Assembly: GCA_027604505.1 (NCBI GenBank)
Contig: JADIIX010000052.1
Location: 124,001 to 150,875 of the forward strand
DNA: 26,875 nucleotides
Origin: Gonapodya sp. JEL0774
Taxonomy: Eukaryota
Direction of reading: 5' to 3'
Both the position numbers and the translations under genes were made by a program. Shown one piece after another: positions 21,472-26,875 of this stretch (position 1 is its first letter; each line of letters starts with the position of its first letter). Below the pieces are notes generated by a model. It did no database searches. It saw only the letters and a list, made by a program, of their open reading frames with translations, and was not told the origin of the DNA.

Positions 21472-24149
21472 TTAACTCAGCCCACTCCACACGTCCACCT
21501 CATTGATCTCACCGATTTCCTTGTTGAAGCACCTTACCACCTCCGCGCATCTAACGTACATTGTACCTGAAACAGAATAGCCACGGGACTGCACGTGCTA
21601 CCGTGAACTCACCCACGTTGCGACCGGCACTGTCACTGTCACCATCACTCCTCACACCACTCTCCAGGTGGGACGCGGGTGAAACGGGGCCACCACCAAC
21701 CCAAGCCACTGCGCCCCCACGGTGGTCCACTCGTTCATTCCCCAAGTGCAACTATGTATTCGAGATATGCGATTGCTCCCACAATATGACATTTTGAAAC
21801 AAAATAGAGCTGCGCTGCCAACTCTGAAGTGCGAAACTGGGGCAACTCCCTTATCTTTCGAAGTTCTTGATATCGTGAGCTTGTGATCATTTAAGTAAAA
21901 ATAATTCATTCCTGCAATGGGATACCCAATGCGACCCCCGTGGGTTCTGCTTATTGATGAGTGAAGACAGACTAATATCGTGCACCGGTTTGCTGGCAGT
22001 GAGGAAAAGCCCCCCAACAGAGATATGGCGGAGCAGATTTGGAGCGACAGTCAAATCTGGAAAGTGCGGCTTTGAGGCGTTGCTGACGTTCCAAGTGCTG
22101 AAGATATTAGGGACGAACCACTCGTGGATGTTGATGAGAGCCATCTCGAGGGTGGCTTGGTCCGGGAGTATTGCTGCCTGACCTGCATGCGAAACATTGA
22201 AGGGAGACGGGTACTGGCTGGAAGGCTGAGCGTCGATCATTTCTTTCAAAGTCAATTTGTGGGCCCCGAAGTCAGATAGCAAACCGTTTGCCAAGACAAG
22301 GGGACGTCGGCTTGCCATGTCCAGAACTCGTAAGATTCGTCTTCAAGCCATTTTGGTAAGGCTTGTCCAAATCGTAGGGGCTGCGGTGCGACCCCTGGCA
22401 ACGCTACAAGTTCATTTTCAACGCGATGTGTCGTCGAGAAATGCGGTTCTAGAATGAGTGGTTTCATTAGAGTTTGAGAATCACTTGATCGGGTCGACAA
22501 TTTCAGAGTAGATCTTTCCATTGGTACGTAGCGCAGTGTGGGTGCAACTATGGTTCCTGACTCCACCGTGATGTTGGCAATCGCGCTTGTCACATCGCGC
22601 ACACAACATGCATCCGCCGCGATCCCGACCCGAGCATGGCATCCGAGCTCCCGAAAAGACCGTACGTATTCAAACTTGGACCGAAGGCTTTTGAGTGGAT
22701 CTTTTGCTCGCACAATGTCCAAGCGCGTGTCTGACCACTGAACAACCCTCGTCGCCCCGATCTCGACATTGTCGAAGAGATCCAATATGACCGAAGCATC
22801 CTTTTCATCGACCCAGAACGCAATCTTTGTGGCTGGTTTCTTGACAGTCGCCGTTCCGCCCTGAAGGAATATGGTGGTTCGGTGTTGCAGTGGGGACGAG
22901 CGGTAAAATTGATCATCAATTAGGTGTACTGTGCAGGCCTCCAACTTCCAATTATTATACTCACAGTGGTCCCGATCTTAAGTTTAGCCGGACGTATCGT
23001 CAGGTCATTGGTTGACACCCCATCTGAGAACGCGCGAATCTGGCGTGGATATGGAGCGAGTGTCAATGAGAAAATGCAGTTGCAAAGACGGTATGAATGA
23101 AAACATCTTCATTGGGCTGAGCGAGGCTCACCAGTTGTGGCCGCATTTCGTTCGAACTCAAGTTGTGCTGACGAGGATCACGGTCCAGAACGCGTTCTTT
23201 TTGAAACTTTGGGCAGTGCCTGACAGTATTCTGTAAGTGTTCATCCATTTGAACACCAATTTGCAGGTCTGAGGTCGTGGAAGGTTTGATCGTGTTCGAA
23301 AACGAAGTGCTGGCGCGGAGAGTAGGAACAGCGGACGACATGTCCTTGTTTGCCACATAGTTCAGACTCATTGCACACGTTTATGTGGTAATACTGCTTC
23401 AAGTACACTCACAGTGATCCCCAATTGATTGCAAGTGCGTCCAAGAATCCGGGCGCCTTCCTTCCGCATCCCCCTCACTTTCATTCGCTGAATCGTGAAT
23501 TCGAGTATCTTCTTCTCACGCAAAAGAGTTGCCAGTTTACGTTTCAGCTTGTATAGCTCCGAGTGGCCCCTTGCTGGTTTGCGGACGATCTCGAGCAGGG
23601 GGAGCTCCGAGGCACGTAAAAGCAAGTCAAAGTCCTTTAGAGTGGGAGAGTGAGATTGAAACGAGCAGTTGTGTGTAGTGGGATCCTCATGAGAGAATGT
23701 ATGTAAACTCACCGTATATGTAGTCTCGTCGCATGTCACACCGTCATCCAGACACGTTCCGGTGATCGTTTCCTCGACAAGACCCATATCAAGAAGTGAT
23801 CTTATCCACAAACATATTACTAGAACGGAGCACTTCATTCTGGTTGTAAACGTGAGGAGGATGATGGAGATCGGGAGCAAAGAGTGTGGTGGAAAGACAG
23901 TTTTGACGACACGGGAGATGGCATCCGACGGGCACTGGGAGCCGATGTGGAACGAAGAGAAGGAATCATAAAAGGACAGGCACGCTTCGAGCTGATTGAG
24001 CGAGAGATTCCGAGACGTAAAGGGTGAGCAGATTCGTTACTGGTCATCATCAAGCATCGATCCGACAGTTCACTCACGGCAGCCGTCAGGAGAGCGTACA
24101 TCACGATCCCGATGATCGTTGTGTGGGTGTAGAGAGCGTTGTGGAGCAT
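21472..24149 (-). CDS. Hypothetical multi-exon protein, ~671 aa, hydrophobic N-terminal segments, no recognised domain
   Basis: Exons 24149-24078, 23991-23713, 23634-23413, 23344-23132, 23039-22965, 22860-22285, 22213-21926, 21879-21823, 21751-21613 and 21566-21472 join stop-free via GT-AG introns. Six donors are GTGAGY; three are weak (GTTTGC, GTATCC, GTTGGC). Confidence 0.6.
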
Positions 24150-24317
24150 TGGGATAGAGTTGGAAATGGGAGTGCGATGTGAGAGATATGGACAGGACAA
24201 CCAAGTGATGACTTCATTGGGCTGCCTGCACGATATCGAAAACCCCTGGACAGTCGATGCGGGTCATTGCTAAGCAATTAAGATCAAATTTTGTGTTTCA
24301 TTCATCTGAATAAATAA

Positions 24318-25304
24318 TTACCCGTCTCCTACATGACTCTCCAGTACCGCTCCTTTATGACTGAAAAGTTTCTTAAAACATCCCACGATCCTCCCCACCA
24401 CCGACTTGTTCCCCATGTTCCCTGCCTTCTCCTTGTTGTTCGGCATGCCACAGCTCCCCTTCTTCCCGTCTCTCGTGCTGCTGTTTCCTCGAAAGAAGTC
24501 GGCCATGCGATGCACGAGCCTCTTCTTGACGTTCTTGAACCGGAGTCCAAGACCTGGGACGAGTTCAAACTGGCATTTGATACCACTGTCACCGTGTTTC
24601 CCGCCCTGATCGCGCGTGGACATGGTGTACTCGCCTTCCACCGCGGTGATGACGCAATCTGGATCCGTGCCCTCACCAACAACTTCGCGGGCCGTATCCT
24701 CTTCCTTCACCACAGTGCCATCGACAAAGTCGCAATCCAGCGGCGGTACTACATCGTAGTCCACCTTGTCCTCCAAGTCGGACTTGTGTTCGGCCAAGAC
24801 GACCAGGTCGAGCTTCATTCCTTCTTTTGGAGGAGGCACCGATTCTTTCGCAAGGAGCGCGGGCACTTGCTCGCTTGTGGTCGCCTGCGTGGAGTTCATT
24901 GGTTCGATTGATGTGCACGGGACCCTTTTTGGGCATTCCCCTCCACGAGATTTCGTCCCGCTCGGATCACACTCTGATTCCGTCGCTCCATCCTTCGGAA
25001 TATTAGCTCCGGCCAGAACAGGATGCACCGTGGGCTCGTTGGACTCTAGGGGGTCCGAGCTTGGCACGGGAGCAAGAGACGGTTCCACCACTTCCACCCT
25101 GACGAGAGTGGACGAGAGAGAGGCAGACTGGCCGTCGAGGTGTGGAGCATCAGCATCGACAGTAGCAGCGACCTGTATGGACAAACAAGCGCACTGTGGT
25201 CAGAAGTGTCCCTCGAGCATTCCCTACAAACCAAGATGACTTTCGATACGTGTGCTGTTGCTACTCACTACCAACTCCACCACCCCGTTCTCCCCACCAT
25301 CCAT
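24318..25304 (-). CDS. Hypothetical low-complexity protein with acidic/Pro-rich body and basic C-terminus; 5' end uncertain (may extend to ~25594)
   Basis: An 855-nt open exon 25172-24318 follows acceptor ccatacag. An upstream exon ends at a GTGAGT donor at 25268. The nearest in-frame ATG is at 25304 (MDGGENGVVELV). Confidence 0.55.
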
Positions 25305-26180
25305 CCCATCCACCCTCTCCTCCACGTCCTTTCTTCGCCTATTTCCTTCCGTTCCCGCTCACCCTTGACCGTGAGCACCACACTGCCCGTCCCCACTTTC
25401 CCCGCGTGCCCTCGGCCATAATTTGTGTTGGTCCCGTACCGGGACATGTCGGGCTTGGGCTTGGGTTTGGGTTTGGACGGCTTTTTGGTCTCGGACCTTG
25501 GCGCGTTCGTCGGTGGTGAGGTGGGTGGGTTGCCGGACCGGCCGTGTGCAGGGCTTGGTACGTAGCGAACGCGGCACGGCGGGTTTTCAACCATCGAGTC
25601 AAAAGGAGCGATCGTGATACAAGGCACCGTACACAGTGGCGTATGGTACGACGAGTGTGGGGGTGGGTTCGCGGGTCAGCGAACGCGACGTGATCGGGCG
25701 ATCGCAGAGCACCCCGTCGACAACTCACCATGGACAGAGCGAATAATCCATGGAGATGGCTGGATCGAAGACAAGATAGGGATGTGGAGTTGGAGGGCGG
25801 ACCGTACGTCGTCAGTCGTCATCATGAAGAGGCAAACGCAAGTTGCTCGCCCGGATCACACGAGCATTCACACCCTTACACGACCCACCAGATCGGCCTT
25901 CGATTTGTAATGATGGAGTCGTGATGGCTGGTGTGCTTGTAGAGAGAATTGTGTGGAAGGTCTGGCTTGCCCGGCAAATCACAACGAATGATCGCAACGG
26001 AGTGATCATGAGAAGGACCAACGACGATCATGTCACCCAATCCATCATCCATCAAAACAGGAGGACCGCCGCTCGGTGGAGCTCGTACTCACAAGATCGC
26101 AAAAAGAAACGGGAGTCGCGGGGGTGGGATCACTTATTGTGAGGAGCGACTCAGATATAGATGTGTGCGGTAAACTCCGG

Positions 26181-26222
26181 ATCTACGAATCTACGAATCT
26201 ACGAATTGCGAAATCTGCGAAT
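26181..26222. repeat. Short tandem repeat (ATCTACGA)x3 plus two degenerate units
   Basis: atctacgaatctacgaatctacgaattgcgaaatctgcgaat. Confidence 0.85.
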
Positions 26223-26472
26223 GTCTGGCCACCGTTGGTGTTCAACTTTCCTCCCTGACTTTGCACGCTTCAGGCATGGCTGGGGCCCAAGCACTCAACC
26301 ATAGTTGCATTTTTTTCCACGCACACAAAAGGCAGTGCGGGGGTTATTGTTCTTCTCTTTGTGTACACTGACCAAGCGATCCTGATCCTTGTTCCCACAC
26401 CCATCACCCATCACAACCACTGACCGCCGACGCTGGTACTAAGGCGGCCGGCGCCCGCCCCGCGGGCGGGGG

Positions 26473-26482
26473 NNNNNNNNNN
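26473..26482. other. Assembly gap (10 N) within a very GC-rich, self-complementary tract
   Basis: N run flanked by gggcggggg and ccgccccccc. Confidence 0.99.
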
Positions 26483-26685
26483 CCGCCCCCCCTCGGCCTC
26501 CCCCCCCCTCCCCCCGACCGGTGGAGTATGTACCATAGTCCTCGGGGTTCCCGGTTTGTCGTGCACGGTCCGGAGGGCGAACCGGAAAAGAGTCTGCCTA
26601 ACCAGACAAGGGGTCGTCTTAATTTTGAGGTTCGCACGGTACCGCCCACATTCAACATCTCAAGTGACTGTCCACACTCCCAAGT

Positions 26686-26758
26686 TTCATTACCACTGCC
26701 TACTGAAGGCCTAGAACTAAGAATGTTGCTCAACTATGCATTCCTACTGGTTATCACT
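26686..26758. repeat. Dispersed direct repeat, copy B (~73 bp)
   Basis: Same orientation as 12323-12392, and matches it. Confidence 0.9.
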
Positions 26759-26875
26759 GTGTTGGAGCCACGGCCGGACCCGGGTGTGGCTGGGGACAGG
26801 CCCCGTGCACCCGCGTGCAGGCTTCTCCCCACCACCGACCCCTTCCCCACCTCTCCCTCACTATCGTCGCAGGTG

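Noticed and set aside
25451..25476. GGGCTT/GGGTTT hexamers as interstitial telomere repeat
   Set aside because: Only about four imperfect units, explained as Pro-Lys codons (PKPKPKPKP) on the minus strand.
12323..26758. LTR retrotransposon or Starship call for the repeat-bounded block
   Set aside because: The repeats are short and lack TG...CA ends. I found no gag/RT/integrase or tyrosine-recombinase motifs.
1..26875. Most ORF-track entries as independent, prokaryote-style genes
   Set aside because: They are exon fragments with intron read-through, or antisense/alternate-frame shadows of the spliced genes (e.g. 3191-3520, 15353-15964, 16555-17049, 24333-24911).

Overview
Eukaryotic, intron-rich genomic DNA with short GT-AG introns of about 46-180 nt. 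The gene content looks fungal; a zoosporic (chytrid-like) lineage is my guess but cannot be confirmed from the sequence. The ORF track fragments every gene, so I rebuilt spliced models by hand and checked exon phases. The left half (1-12,250) is a tightly packed block: a CoA-type Nudix hydrolase (5'-truncated), an AVT-like amino-acid transporter, an unknown 4-TM protein, a rhodanese + tyrosine phosphatase, a minimal SET/post-SET protein, and an epoxide hydrolase that needs an 8-nt microexon. The right half (12,320-26,760) is accessory-like and is bracketed by two copies of a ~70-bp direct repeat 14.36 kb apart. It holds a degenerate ~330-bp tandem duplication, a ~1,330-aa divergent protein kinase with two paralogous introns, a 10-exon orphan gene, a low-complexity orphan gene, and a GC hairpin next to an assembly gap. 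I recognised no transposase, integrase, RNA gene or CRISPR array. The best candidate for an undescribed system is this repeat-bounded island, and its mobility is inference only.
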